A program made the translations under genes and the position numbers. Below are positions 36,501 to 47,400 of a stretch of 64,000 bases of DNA, one piece after another (position 1 is the stretch's first letter; each line of letters begins with the position of its first letter). The notes below the pieces were generated by a model, which made no database searches, was not told the origin of the DNA, and was given only the letters and a program-made list of their open reading frames with translations. The DNA lies in NCBI GenBank assembly GCA_964057225.1, contig OZ059898.1, positions 15,996,001 to 16,060,000 on the forward strand, read 5' to 3'. The stretch comes from Auanema rhodensis. Its lineage: Eukaryota; Animalia; Nematoda.

Positions 36501-39500
36501 TTTTTCTATATTTAATGGGTCCGATACAGTCTAGCCCCGTATGCTTAAATGGCATAGCTTTTGTAATTCGATCTTCTGGCAGAGGTGCCAGAAAATCTGT
36601 GGTGAATGGGCGACTGAGTATTTTTTGACACGGGACGCACTTTTTTATAATTGATTTGCATACCTGCCTTGTTCCTGCCATGAAGAATTTTTGAAGAAAT
36701 AGGCTGATCATATGTGTAGTTCCCAGGTGTGCATTTTCTTTATGTATGGAAAGCAAAATTAGTTTACCTAAATCAGATTTTTTGGGTAGTAAAAAGGGGT
36801 ACTTTGTGGATGCAGGCAATTTGGCGTTTAGCAAACGTGTTTGAATTATACGTAATCCGTTGTTATCCTTGGTGGTGCGAAATTGCTTTATTTCCGATTG
36901 TTTTAATTTTTTCTGGGCCTCTTGTATGAGAAAGAGATCTGCGGTTTGGGATTGCTGCTTTTCCTTTTGCGCTCGTTGTAGCATGGTTGATGTTGGAGTT
37001 TTGTTTATTTTCTGCAATAGTACTAGCGCGGCTTTAAATACCAAACCTGTGGTCCGTTGTAGTTTGGAGTACGAACTAAATCTTCCTGGTTGTATTATTG
37101 ACTCGTATGGTTGAATATCAGTAGATACGGGTAGAATGAGCATGGGGGGTTCGTCTTCGTCTATTGGAGTGGTGAGTTCCTTTATTGGTCTGTTGTCCAT
37201 TTGTGATAGCCATGGTGGAGAAAACAACCAGCGTTCCTTTAACAGATTTTGGTCTGTTGTCCCTCTAGTTCCAATGTCTGCTGGATTATGGTCGGTATCA
37301 ACATAGTGGAAGTGTAGTGAAGCTTTTTGAGCTTCCAACCTTCTTCCTATTTCTTCAATGTTTTGCCGCATATTACTGATAAAAACGGGGACACTTTTTT
37401 TCGTTATAAGCCAAGATAGAGCTATTTGGCTATCTGACGCAATGTTAATTGCCAGATTCGGCTCGTTCAAATTATTGTATACTGTTTCCGCGATTTTCAT
37501 TCCCATAAAAATTGCGGATAGTTCTAAGCGCGGGATGGTCAAAGTCCTATTTTTGGGGGCTAATTTTACTTTCCCCATTATGATTGGAGCTCTTTCTGTG
37601 CTGGTAGTTAAATAGGCGCATGCTGCAATAGCTTTTGTGCTTGCGTCTACAAAAACCCACAGTTCTTTCTTGTCTCTTTTGCTAGATAATTCCCGCGGAA
37701 CTTCAATGTTGAACGGCCCTATCTTTGTGCTGGCTTTGTTCCAATCGGCAACGAGATCCTCGGGGACTTGCTCCTTCCAATCGACATTGCTGTTCATTAC
37801 TTGTCTTAAAATAATTTTATATGGAAGTAGGAGCGGTGCCGCTAGTCCTATGGGGTCATATATGCTGTGTAAACTACTCAACATATCTCGTTTAGTAAAG
37901 GACTGTTGCATACGCATTTGTCCTGTTAATACAAACGAATCTTTACTGGCGTTATATAGTACACCTAGTATTTTGGGATTTTTATCTGGGTGGTGATCTA
38001 TCGCCGGAATTTCGTTGTTAAAATGGGATGAGTTACTAAAGTATTCTCTAACATTCATCGAAATTTGAGAGAATATTTTCTTTGAATCTTTATATAAATC
38101 GGTTAGTTCTTTTTGATCATTGGTTGTATAAAAAATATTATCTACATAAAGATATCTTAGGGTTTTTTCTACAAATGGTGAGGTGTGGCTATTCAAATAC
38201 GCGTGTAACGACATGTTTAGTACAGCGGGGCTTGCCGTAATGCCAAAAGCTAACCTATTAAATCGAAATTCTATTATATTGTTTGGTGTAGGCGGCTTAT
38301 TGACATCTTTCAACCAAAGAAAGCGACAGAGATCTTTACAATCATTAGCTATGCGTATTTGTGTGAAAGCACCTTCAATATCACACATCAGAAAATACGA
38401 TTTGGTACGAATACCTATCAAGATATCGAGAATTTTGTTGGTGAAGCTCTCACCTGTTGAGGTTATGTCATTTAGAGAGAGTTGTCCTTTTTGTTTAGCA
38501 GATGCGTTAAAGACTATGCGAAGAGGCTTGGTTTTTTGGGGTTTCCACACACCGCGATGTGGCATATAATAAGTTCTGGTCGCCTCAACATCTGCCGGGA
38601 CTAACTCTATTACGTTTTCTTTTAAATATTGTGAGAACGTTTCTTGATAGTATTTTTGTTGATTGGGGTCTTTTTGTAAGGATATTTGAAGACGATTAAG
38701 TGTTGCCAAAGCAAGATTACGGTTAGATTGAATATTTATGGCGTTTTTCTTTAGTGGGAGAGGGGCGGTTATGTAGCCGTTATCAAACGTAAGTAAAGTA
38801 GAATATTCGTTATAGAATAGTTCTGATTTGTTCAAAGCTCCTTCATGTGGAGCAATGCCCAAACTATCTATTTCGAATAATTGTTTAATCATAACTTCCT
38901 CCGGTATTTGAGGGTTTATGATTAAGGAATGGACGGCTATGGATTCATGGGTATTATTTGTTTTTCCATAAATACAGGGACCAAAGTGGGTGTGTTTAAT
39001 TTTTAGACCCGATGGTAATGAAATGGATGGCTCTTCAGTTATTACTGAATCATACCAATCCATACCTAACAAAATGTCGGGTGAGAATGTTTCCCCATTA
39101 ATGAATTGATTGGTGACGGAAATTTTGGTTTTTTCAAGAAATTCTCTATCCCGGATTTGTAGAGAACAGCATTTTAGGTTTCCGGTGAGTGGTTTTGGGG
39201 ATGTCAGCAAAATTAGTTTAATTATTTTTCCATATGGGGTTTGCAAAATAGCTTCGACTGTTTTTGTTTCAAAAGTTTCTTTATTGCCCGAAAATCCGGT
39301 TGCTGTAATGTTTTGTGTTGCTAAGGTATTCAAGTTGCATGTCTCAGCTGTCTTTTGATGGATGAAGCTTTGAGTTGCTCCGGGGTCAAGAAATATGGTT
39401 TTAGTATGATAAGTGTTTGTTAAAGGATTTAAGAGAGAGATTTGAGAAGTCATGAGGTAAGCGGGAGAAGGATGGAAAGATTTAGATATAGTGGTGCAAT

Positions 39501-40746
39501 TCATGGACGGTTTAGTAATTTTGATGGTTGGCTTAGGTAGGCATAAAGTATAATTATGCTCTTTTTTGCAGTTTCGGCAACTTTCGAATTTGCACTTACT
39601 GCTTGAGTGTGTTGGACTAAAGCAAATCCAACACCTATTTTTTCTCTTTATAATCTCTCTTCGTTCTTGGGGGGTGGTTATCGTGGGGCATTTTGTAGGG
39701 CGATGACCCTGCTTATCGCAAAAAACGCAGGGTCGTTCTGATTTTTCTGAGGATTTGATGGGTTTTGAGAAAAAAGGCTGAGTTTGGTCTCGATACTGAG
39801 GTTCGGATCGTTCTCGTCTTAAATAAGCCGAGGTTTCCTTTGAGTATGCTATACCCTCTATGTCCTTCAGAATTTGACTTATAGTATTTTCGCCGGGCGA
39901 TCGCCAACAGCGCATATCTATAATTTCTTCAGGAAATTTCTCAGATATCTCTGTGACCCAAGCTGGGTCTTCAGTATTGTATATATATTGAGATCTTGCT
40001 CTGTCGAGTTGGTCGAGCAAAGCTCGAATCTCATTAACTCGGGATCTCAAAGAGGTGGGGTCGGATTTTGCGACAGGTAATCTCCTGATATTACGGTATA
40101 TGCGAAAGTCAACCGCTAATATCGGTTGATATGTGTTTTGTAAGGTTTCGATTATTTGGTGATAAAATTCGCCGTTTAAAGGCTTATTCTCGAGATGAAC
40201 CCTGGCAGGTCCTTGTAGGGCTTCTGCCAAAAAAATGTTTTTCTGTTGTATATTTAGGCTAGGTTCATTGTGAATGAGGGTTTTGAATTGGTTCCAGAAG
40301 AGTGGAAATGTTAAGGAGTCTCCGTTAAATGTGGGAATCGAAAGTTGAGGTGTTTTAACGGAGAGACCAAAGCTAGTTCGCGTTGGTCTTTTATTCCGAT
40401 CCGACTCTTGGTCGTCTTCGGAATCGGGGAGGGGTTGTTTTTTAGCTGTTTTGGTTTCTAGTTCCAAAATCAGGATGTTCGCTCTTGTTACTGTGTCAGC
40501 ATGAAGCGTGGTTACCTCGTTTATTCTTCTGTTCAATTCAGAAAACGTAGGTTCGGGGAGAAGAGAAGCAAGAGTAGCGAGAGATGATTCTTCAGACCTA
40601 AGTTGTGTGAGAGATGTGTGTAGGCGTAGAAGCGAAATGTTTTCTTGGTTCTCAGTTTTAGTTTTTATGAGTAGTTTGGCTAGTTGCTCAAATTTGTCTG
40701 CGAAATTGTGGAGTTTTTCATTGAAAACTTCTTCAGTACGGTCCAT
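33529..40746 (-). CDS. Gag-Pol-Env polyprotein (2405 aa), BEL/Pao, copy 2
   Basis: Translation looks identical to 25623-32840. Confidence 0.97.
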   Translation of the reverse strand: MDRTEEVFNEKLHNFADKFEQLAKLLIKTKTENQENISLLRLHTSLTQLRSEESSLATLASLLPEPTFSELNRRINEVTTLHADTVTRANILILELETKTAKKQPLPDSEDDQESDRNKRPTRTSFGLSVKTPQLSIPTFNGDSLTFPLFWNQFKTLIHNEPSLNIQQKNIFLAEALQGPARVHLENKPLNGEFYHQIIETLQNTYQPILAVDFRIYRNIRRLPVAKSDPTSLRSRVNEIRALLDQLDRARSQYIYNTEDPAWVTEISEKFPEEIIDMRCWRSPGENTISQILKDIEGIAYSKETSAYLRRERSEPQYRDQTQPFFSKPIKSSEKSERPCVFCDKQGHRPTKCPTITTPQERREIIKRKNRCWICFSPTHSSSKCKFESCRNCKKEHNYTLCLPKPTIKITKPSMNCTTISKSFHPSPAYLMTSQISLLNPLTNTYHTKTIFLDPGATQSFIHQKTAETCNLNTLATQNITATGFSGNKETFETKTVEAILQTPYGKIIKLILLTSPKPLTGNLKCCSLQIRDREFLEKTKISVTNQFINGETFSPDILLGMDWYDSVITEEPSISLPSGLKIKHTHFGPCIYGKTNNTHESIAVHSLIINPQIPEEVMIKQLFEIDSLGIAPHEGALNKSELFYNEYSTLLTFDNGYITAPLPLKKNAINIQSNRNLALATLNRLQISLQKDPNQQKYYQETFSQYLKENVIELVPADVEATRTYYMPHRGVWKPQKTKPLRIVFNASAKQKGQLSLNDITSTGESFTNKILDILIGIRTKSYFLMCDIEGAFTQIRIANDCKDLCRFLWLKDVNKPPTPNNIIEFRFNRLAFGITASPAVLNMSLHAYLNSHTSPFVEKTLRYLYVDNIFYTTNDQKELTDLYKDSKKIFSQISMNVREYFSNSSHFNNEIPAIDHHPDKNPKILGVLYNASKDSFVLTGQMRMQQSFTKRDMLSSLHSIYDPIGLAAPLLLPYKIILRQVMNSNVDWKEQVPEDLVADWNKASTKIGPFNIEVPRELSSKRDKKELWVFVDASTKAIAACAYLTTSTERAPIIMGKVKLAPKNRTLTIPRLELSAIFMGMKIAETVYNNLNEPNLAINIASDSQIALSWLITKKSVPVFISNMRQNIEEIGRRLEAQKASLHFHYVDTDHNPADIGTRGTTDQNLLKERWLFSPPWLSQMDNRPIKELTTPIDEDEPPMLILPVSTDIQPYESIIQPGRFSSYSKLQRTTGLVFKAALVLLQKINKTPTSTMLQRAQKEKQQSQTADLFLIQEAQKKLKQSEIKQFRTTKDNNGLRIIQTRLLNAKLPASTKYPFLLPKKSDLGKLILLSIHKENAHLGTTHMISLFLQKFFMAGTRQVCKSIIKKCVPCQKILSRPFTTDFLAPLPEDRITKAMPFKHTGLDCIGPIKYRKSEQIYIVIFTCLTVRAVHLEPINDMTSNTFLNAFIRFVARRGLPDVIRSDNGSNFVHSAKILNMLETYDSEHRTSFTKFLQKHHITWIFNTPSAPWTGGVWERLVAIVKTSLYKSLQLKLVNKDQLTTAIIKIEGIINSRPITYTNSDNVDDRPLTPADFLNNGSPVLVPGGNVEQLGQALDEPNPIQTNKEAFENLQKVEIIAESFWDRWSKEYLLCLRNAHASTKQTHRSSNHPTLNEVVLVEEDNLNRCNWQMARITALLPSSDNIFRSARIKLGNGKELTKPVEKLYPLELKDNFDKGRESQEITVNHLSHTPTNPNRLRNIFRFLMLIQIFSVAMTQPIIRCSTSQVVFPAQPNHSTICIDSSCHNLSAHQSEIIPLPISVLPKTASVSRFNLESTQNQTCKLPHPCDFPPPFILHIIGNPHCNPILAILIVLTPLIGCALLFISCGLIYRRLRTYRRQNEPTISYIPSLLFTLFFLICQAQACGSPHAHKNIEIFCDDIQNCTKITNEEISFNPLQNSLCSYIKYQNSTIGKLEIQLIQHKFSCQKVSQGFTRITNLTIHSSHRCAGTTHCPWGTGCDDIRQDTFVSELYSAYENPGRTYCTRAGGGLFNSCGLPIEGCILFRPTYQPENKEVYEEIKCIQWKQEVQAKLTIIYLNNTQKYDILLQPYRKYEFHGISLQISSVTAKATTELYNKIFLTSETNNYMITEQIKPAVICSNARMAADKFNACHIRKPCPCLGAAAQLSCNCDSATQRELKKYELPKINTNYRITKEAGTITVLSKMEESTLTMQNPQFSIESLYTNRHPCFSDFQMITGCYKCREGTTLNMTCETKDELNAILNCDSFSTIIRCSDKNPATTIKLYFNEPKVQENCTLTCGRATKQFIQLSTRLHYISDTTISEELIKLHNGTSGLSWNLPNLEPLIEVIQNNWKWIVPVVAAGTACSYILYTALSFLAPFLLPAILSYCCLKNSKRNPRPAMSANA

Positions 40747-40996
40747 TGCTACCGTTTTTTGATTTTTTGATGCAAAATGTATGACTTTTGAATTTCTTAG
40801 TTGAATTGTTGCAAAATGTGTTGGTAACTTTTTTGATTTTGAGATTGAGATAGAGATAGAGATTCAGATGAGATGAGATGAAGCAAAGAAGTTTAAAGAA
40901 TGTGATGATGAAGAAAAGTAAACAAAGGAACTGAGAAATAAAAAGTGAGAATAGAAAATAATACAAATAAGGTTTCTAACAATTGATACCTGATTT

Positions 40997-41009
40997 GGAC
41001 GATGCACCA
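40997..41009 (-). promoter_or_regulatory. PBS (tRNA-Gly GCC type), copy 2
   Basis: TGGTGCATCGTCC next to the 5' LTR. Confidence 0.8.
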
Positions 41010-41012
41010 ATT

Positions 41013-41451
41013 TGGACTATGTATCCAAGAGTTATTCCAGAGGAATAGTTGTAGTATTACACGTTCGACGTGATACAGGAGTTAATACCGTTTAGGAGTA
41101 TTAACGGAGGCTGATACTCGAAGAGAGTATTATCAGGGTTGAACTTCGCAGATTTGAGTTTAAAAGGTTTATTAAATAAAGATGGTACAGTGGTAGAAAA
41201 GTTAGATTCGAAAGTGAAGGTTTCTTGGGTTTATATATGATTTAGCTTAAGGGTGATATTTGATATTTGAATAGAAAGGTCACGTTAATGTAAACTATAG
41301 AGGTGATAAAAGTTCAACATTCTTTGAGAATGTTGCGCAATAGGTTAATGATACAATTATTCGGTTAATAGATAATGGTTTAGTATTTCAGAAGAGTTAT
41401 GTTTATATTGTAAATCATTATATTTTGTTAATAGTCAGGCATTTGCCGACA
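41013..41451 (-). repeat. 5' LTR of the BEL/Pao dimer
   Basis: Starts TGTCGGCAAATG on the minus strand; direct repeat of the other two LTRs. Confidence 0.95.
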
Positions 41452-44400
41452 TCATATTAGGGTCGATTCCAAAGTGTTTCATAACTGCAAATCTGAGATG
41501 CTTCATAAACATACAAGTTGGAACAGAGTGAAAGTGTTTCATAACTGCAAATCTGTGATGCTTCATGAACATAAAAGATAGAACAGAGTAAAATGAAGTT
41601 GCATCCACTTGTTTTTAAAAATTTTGACCACTGAGCGGATCGAACGCCCAACCTTTCGATCTGGAGTCGAACGCGCTACCATTTCGCCAAGCAGTCATAT
41701 TAGGGTCGCTTCCAAAGTGTTTCATAACTGCAAATCTGAGATGCTTCATAAACATACAAGTTGGAACAGAGTAAAAGTGTTTCATAACTGCAAATCTGAG
41801 ATGCTTCATGAACATACAAGTTGGAACACAGTAAAAGTGTTTCATAACTGCAAATCTGTGATGCTTCATGAACATAAAAGATAGAACAGAGTAAAATGAA
41901 GTTGCATCGACTTGTTTTTAAAAATTTTGACCACTGAGCGGATCGAACGCCCAACCTTTCGATCTGGAGTCGAACGCGCTACCATTGCGCCAAGCAGTCA
42001 TATTAGGGTCGCTTCCAAAGTGTTTCATAACTGCAAATCTGTGATGCTTCATGGACAAAAGTTGGAATAGAGTAAAATGAAGTTGCATCGACTTGTTTTT
42101 TAAAATTTTGACCACTGAGCGGATCGAACGCCCAACCTTTCGATCTGGAGTCGAACGCGCTACCATTGCGCCAAGCAGTCATATTAGGGTCGCTTCCAAA
42201 GTGTTTCATAACTGCAAATCTGTGATGCTTCATGAACATAAAATTTGGAACAGGGTAAAATGAAGTTGCATCGACTTGTTTTTAAAAATTTTGACCACTG
42301 AGCGGATCGAACGCCCAACCTTTCGATCTGGAGTCGAACGCGCTACCATTGCGCCAAGCAGTCATATTAGGGTCGCTTCCAAAGTGTTTCATAACTGCAA
42401 ATCTGTGATGCTTCATGAACATAAAATTTGGAACAGAGTAAAATGAAGTTGCATCGACTTGTTTTTAAAAATTTTGACCACTGAGCGGATCGAACGCCCA
42501 ACCTTTCGATCTGGAGTCGAACGCGCTACCATTGCGCCAAGCAGTCATATTAGGGTTGCTTCCAAAGTGTTTCATAACTGCAAATCTGATATGCTTCATG
42601 AACATAAAAGTTGGAACAGAGTAAAAGTGTTTCATAACTGCAAATCTGAGATGCTTCATAAACATACAAGTTGGAACAGAGTGAAAGTGTTTCATAACTG
42701 CAAATCTGTGATACTCCATGAACATAAAATTTGGAACAGAGTAAAATGAAGTTGCATCGACTTGTTTTTAAAAATTTTGACCACTGAGCGGATCGAACGC
42801 CCAACCTTTCGATCTGGAGTCGAACGCGCTACCATTGCGCCAAGCAGTCATATTAGGGTTGCTTCCAAAGTGTTTCATAACTGCAAATCTGAGATGCTTC
42901 ATGAACATACAAGTTGGAACAGAGTAGAAGTGTTTCATAACTGCAAATCTGAGATGCTTCATGAACATAAAAGATAGAACAGAGTAAAATGAAGTTGCAT
43001 CGACTTGTTTTTAAAAATTTTGACCACTGAGCGGATCGAACGCCCAACCTTTCGATCTGGAGTCGAACGCGCTACCATTGCGCCAAGCAGTCATATTAGG
43101 GTCGCTTCCAAAGTGTTTCATAACTGCAAATCTGAGATGCTTCATAAACATACAAGTTGGAACAGAGTAAAAGTGTTTCATAACTGCAAATCTGAGATGC
43201 TTCATGAACATACAAGTTGGAACACAGTAAAAGTGTTTCATAACTGCAAATCTGAGATGCTTCATGAACATAAAATTTGGAACAGAGTAAAATGAAGTTG
43301 CATCGACTTGTTTTTAAAAATTTTGACCACTGAGCGGATCGAACGCCCAACCTTTCGATCTGGAGTCGAACGCGCTACCATTGCGCCAAGCAGTCATATT
43401 AGGGTCGATTCCAAAGTGTTTCATAACTGCAAATCTGAGATGCTTCATAAACATACAAGTTGGAACAGAGTGAAAGTGTTTCATAACTGCAAATCTGTGA
43501 TGCTTCATGAACATAAAAGATAGAACAGAGTAAAATGAAGTTGCATCGACTTGTTTTTAAAAATTTTGACCACTGAGCGGATCGAACGCCCAACCTTTCG
43601 ATCTGGAGTCGAACGCGCTACCATTTCGCCAAGCAGTCATATTAGGGTCGCTTCCAAAGTGTTTCATAACTGCAAATCTGAGATGCTTCATAAACATACA
43701 AGTTGGAACAGAGTAAAAGTGTTTCATAACTGCAAATCTGAGATGCTTCATGAACATACAAGTTGGAACACAGTAAAAGTGTTTCATAACTGCAAATCTG
43801 TGATGCTTCATGAACATAAAAGATAGAACAGAGTAAAATGAAGTTGCATCGACTTGTTTTTAAAAATTTTGACCACTGAGCGGATCGAACGCCCAACCTT
43901 TCGATCTGGAGTCGAACGCGCTACCATTGCGCCAAGCAGTCATATTAGGGTCGCTTCCAAAGTGTTTCATAACTGCAAATCTGTGATGCTTCATGGACAA
44001 AAGTTGGAATAGAGTAAAATGAAGTTGCATCGACTTGTTTTTTAAAATTTTGACCACTGAGCGGATCGAACGCCCAACCTTTCGATCTGGAGTCGAACGC
44101 GCTACCATTGCGCCAAGCAGTCATATTAGGGTCGCTTCCAAAGTGTTTCATAACTGCAAATCTGTGATGCTTCATGAACATAAAATTTGGAACAGGGTAA
44201 AATGAAGTTGCATCGACTTGTTTTTAAAAATTTTGACCACTGAGCGGATCGAACGCCCAACCTTTCGATCTGGAGTCGAACGCGCTACCATTGCGCCAAG
44301 CAGTCATATTAGGGTCGCTTCCAAAGTGTTTCATAACTGCAAATCTGTGATGCTTCATGAACATAAAATTTGGAACAGAGTAAAATGAAGTTGCATCGAC

Positions 44401-47400
44401 TTGTTTTTAAAAATTTTGACCACTGAGCGGATCGAACGCCCAACCTTTCGATCTGGAGTCGAACGCGCTACCATTGCGCCAAGCAGTCATATTAGGGTTG
44501 CTTCCAAAGTGTTTCATAACTGCAAATCTGATATGCTTCATGAACATAAAAGTTGGAACAGAGTAAAAGTGTTTCATAACTGCAAATCTGAGATGCTTCA
44601 TAAACATACAAGTTGGAACAGAGTGAAAGTGTTTCATAACTGCAAATCTGTGATACTCCATGAACATAAAATTTGGAACAGAGTAAAATGAAGTTGCATC
44701 GACTTGTTTTTAAAAATTTTGACCACTGAGCGGATCGAACGCCCAACCTTTCGATCTGGAGTCGAACGCGCTACCATTGCGCCAAGCAGTCATATTAGGG
44801 TTGCTTCCAAAGTGTTTCATAACTGCAAATCTGAGATGCTTCATGAACATACAAGTTGGAACACAGTAAAAGTGTTTCATAACTGCAAATCTGAGATGCT
44901 TCATGAACATAAAAGATAGAACAGAGTAAAATGAAGTTGCATCGACTTGTTTTTAAAAATTTTGACCACTGAGCGGATCGAACGCCCAACCTTTCGATCT
45001 GGAGTCGAACGCGCTACCATTGCGCCAAGCAGTCATATTAGGGTCGATTCCAAAGTGTTTCATAACTGCAAATCTGAGATGCTTCATAAACATACAAGTT
45101 GGAACAGAGTGAAAGTGTTTCATAACTGCAAATCTGTGATGCTTCATGAACATAAAAGATAGAACAGAGTAAAATGAAGTTGCATCGACTTGTTTTTAAA
45201 AATTTTGACCACTGAGCGGATCGAACGCCCAACCTTTCGATCTGGAGTCGAACGCGCTACCATTGCGCCAAGCAGTCATATTAGGGTCGCTTCCAAAGTG
45301 TTTCATACCTGCAAATCTGAGATGCTTCATAAACATACAAGTTGGAACAGAGTAAAAGTGTTTCATAACTGCAAATCTGAGATGCTTCATGAACATACAA
45401 GTTGGAACAGAGTAAAAGTGTTTCATAACTGCAAATCTGAGATGCTTCATGAACATACAAGTTGGAACACAGTAAAAGTGTTTCATAACTGCAAATCTGA
45501 GATGCTTCATGAACATAAAATTTGGAACAGAGTAAAATGAAGTTGCATCGACTTTTTTTTAAAATTTTGACCACTGAGCGGATCGAACGACCAACCTTTC
45601 GATCTGGAGTCGAACGCGCTACCATTGCGCCAAGCAGTCATATTAGGGTCGCTTCCAAAGTGTTTCATAACTGCAAATCTGTGATGCTTCATGACCATAA
45701 AAGATAGAACAGAGTAAAATGAAGTTGCATCGACTTGTTTTTAAAAATTTTGACCACTGAGCGGATCGAACGCCCAACCTTTCGATCTGGAGTCGAACGC
45801 GCTACCATTGCGCCAAGCAGTCATATTAGGGTCGATTCCAAAGTGTTTCATAACTGCAAATCTGAGATGCTTCATAAACATACAAGTTGGAACAGAGTGA
45901 AAGTGTTTCATAACTGCAAATCTGTGATGCTTCATGAACATAAAAGATAGAACAGAGTAAAATGAAGTTGCATCGACTTGTTTTTAAAAATTTTGACCAC
46001 TGAGCGGATCGAACGCCCAACCTTTCGATCTGGAGTCGAACGCGCTACCATTTCGCCAAGCAGTCATATTAGGGTCGCTTCCAAAGTGTTTCATAACTGC
46101 AAATCTGAGATGCTTCATAAACATACAAGTTGGAACAGAGTAAAAGTGTTTCATAACTGCAAATCTGAGATGCTTCATGAACATAAAAGATAGAACAGAG
46201 TAAAATGAAGTTGCATCGACTTGTTTTTAAAAATTTTGACCACTGAGCGGATCGAACGCCCAACCTTTCGATCTGGAGTCGAACGCGCTACCATTGCGCC
46301 AAGCAGTCATATTAGGGTCGCTTCCAAAGTGTTTCATAACTGCAAATCTGTGATGCTTCATGGACAAAAGTTGGAATAGAGTAAAATGAAGTTGCATCGA
46401 CTTGTTTTTTAAAATTTTGACCACTGAGCGGATCGAACGCCCAACCTTTCGATCTGGAGTCGAACGCGCTATCATTGCGCCAAGCAGTCATATTAGGGTC
46501 GCTTCCAAAGTGTTTCATAACTGCAAATCTGTGATGCTTCATGAACATAAAAGATAGAACAGAGTAAAATGAAGTTGCATCGACTTGTTTTTAAAAATTT
46601 TGACCACTGAGCGGATCGAACGCCCAACCTTTCGATCTGGAGTCGAACGCGCTACCATTGCGCCAAGCAGTCATATTAGGGTCGCTTCCAAAGTGTTTCA
46701 TAACTGCAAATCTGAGATGCTTCATAAACATACAAGTTGGAACATAGTAAAAATGTTTCATATCTGCAAATCTGAGATGCTTCGTGAACATAAAAGTTGG
46801 AACAGAGTAAAATGAAGTTGCATCGACTTGTTTTTAAAAATTTTGACCACTGAGCGGATCGAACGCCCAACCTTTCGATCTGGAGTCGAACGCGCTACCA
46901 TTGCGCCAAGCAGTCATATTAGGGTCGCTTCCAAAGTGTTTCATAACTGCAAATCTGTGATGCTTCATGAACATAAAAGATAGAACAGAGTAAAATGAAG
47001 TTGCATCGACTTGTTTTCAAAAATTTTGACCACTGAGCGGATCGAACGCCCAACCTTTCGATCTGGAGTCGAACGCGCTACCATTGCGCCAAGCAGTCAT
47101 ATTAGGGTCGCTTCCAAAGTGTTTCATAACTGCAAATCTGAGATGCTTCATAAACATACAAGTTGGAACAGAGTAAAAGTGTTTCATAACTGCAAATCTG
47201 AGATGCTTCATGAACATAAAAGATAGAACAGAGTAAAATGAAGTTGCATCGACTTGTTTTTAAAAATTTTGACCACTGAGCGGATCGAACGCCCAACCTT
47301 TCGATCTGGAGTCGAACGCGCTACCATTGCGCCAAGCAGTCATATTAGGGTCGCTTCCAAAGTGTTTCATAACTGCAAATCTGTGATGCTTCATGGACAA

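Larger units (their letters stand above)
25201..41451 (-). mobile_element. BEL/Pao (Belpaoviridae, Semotivirus-like) env-bearing LTR retrotransposon; tandem dimer LTR-int-LTR-int-LTR with period 7906 bp
   Basis: Three 439-bp LTRs (25201-25639, 33107-33545, 41013-41451) with TG...CA ends; two 2405-aa ORFs; flanking direct repeat TCATATT (25194-25200, 41452-41458). True TSD is 4-7 bp because ATT also borders the internal LTRs. Confidence 0.96.

Noticed and set aside
27406-40762. Short plus-strand ORFs inside the BEL/Pao element
   Set aside because: Antisense shadows of the long polyprotein frame with no recognisable motifs.
2137-41009. Idea that the retroelements sit here because the array supplies their primer tRNA
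   Set aside because: The PBSs match tRNA-Gln and tRNA-Gly, not tRNA-Trp.
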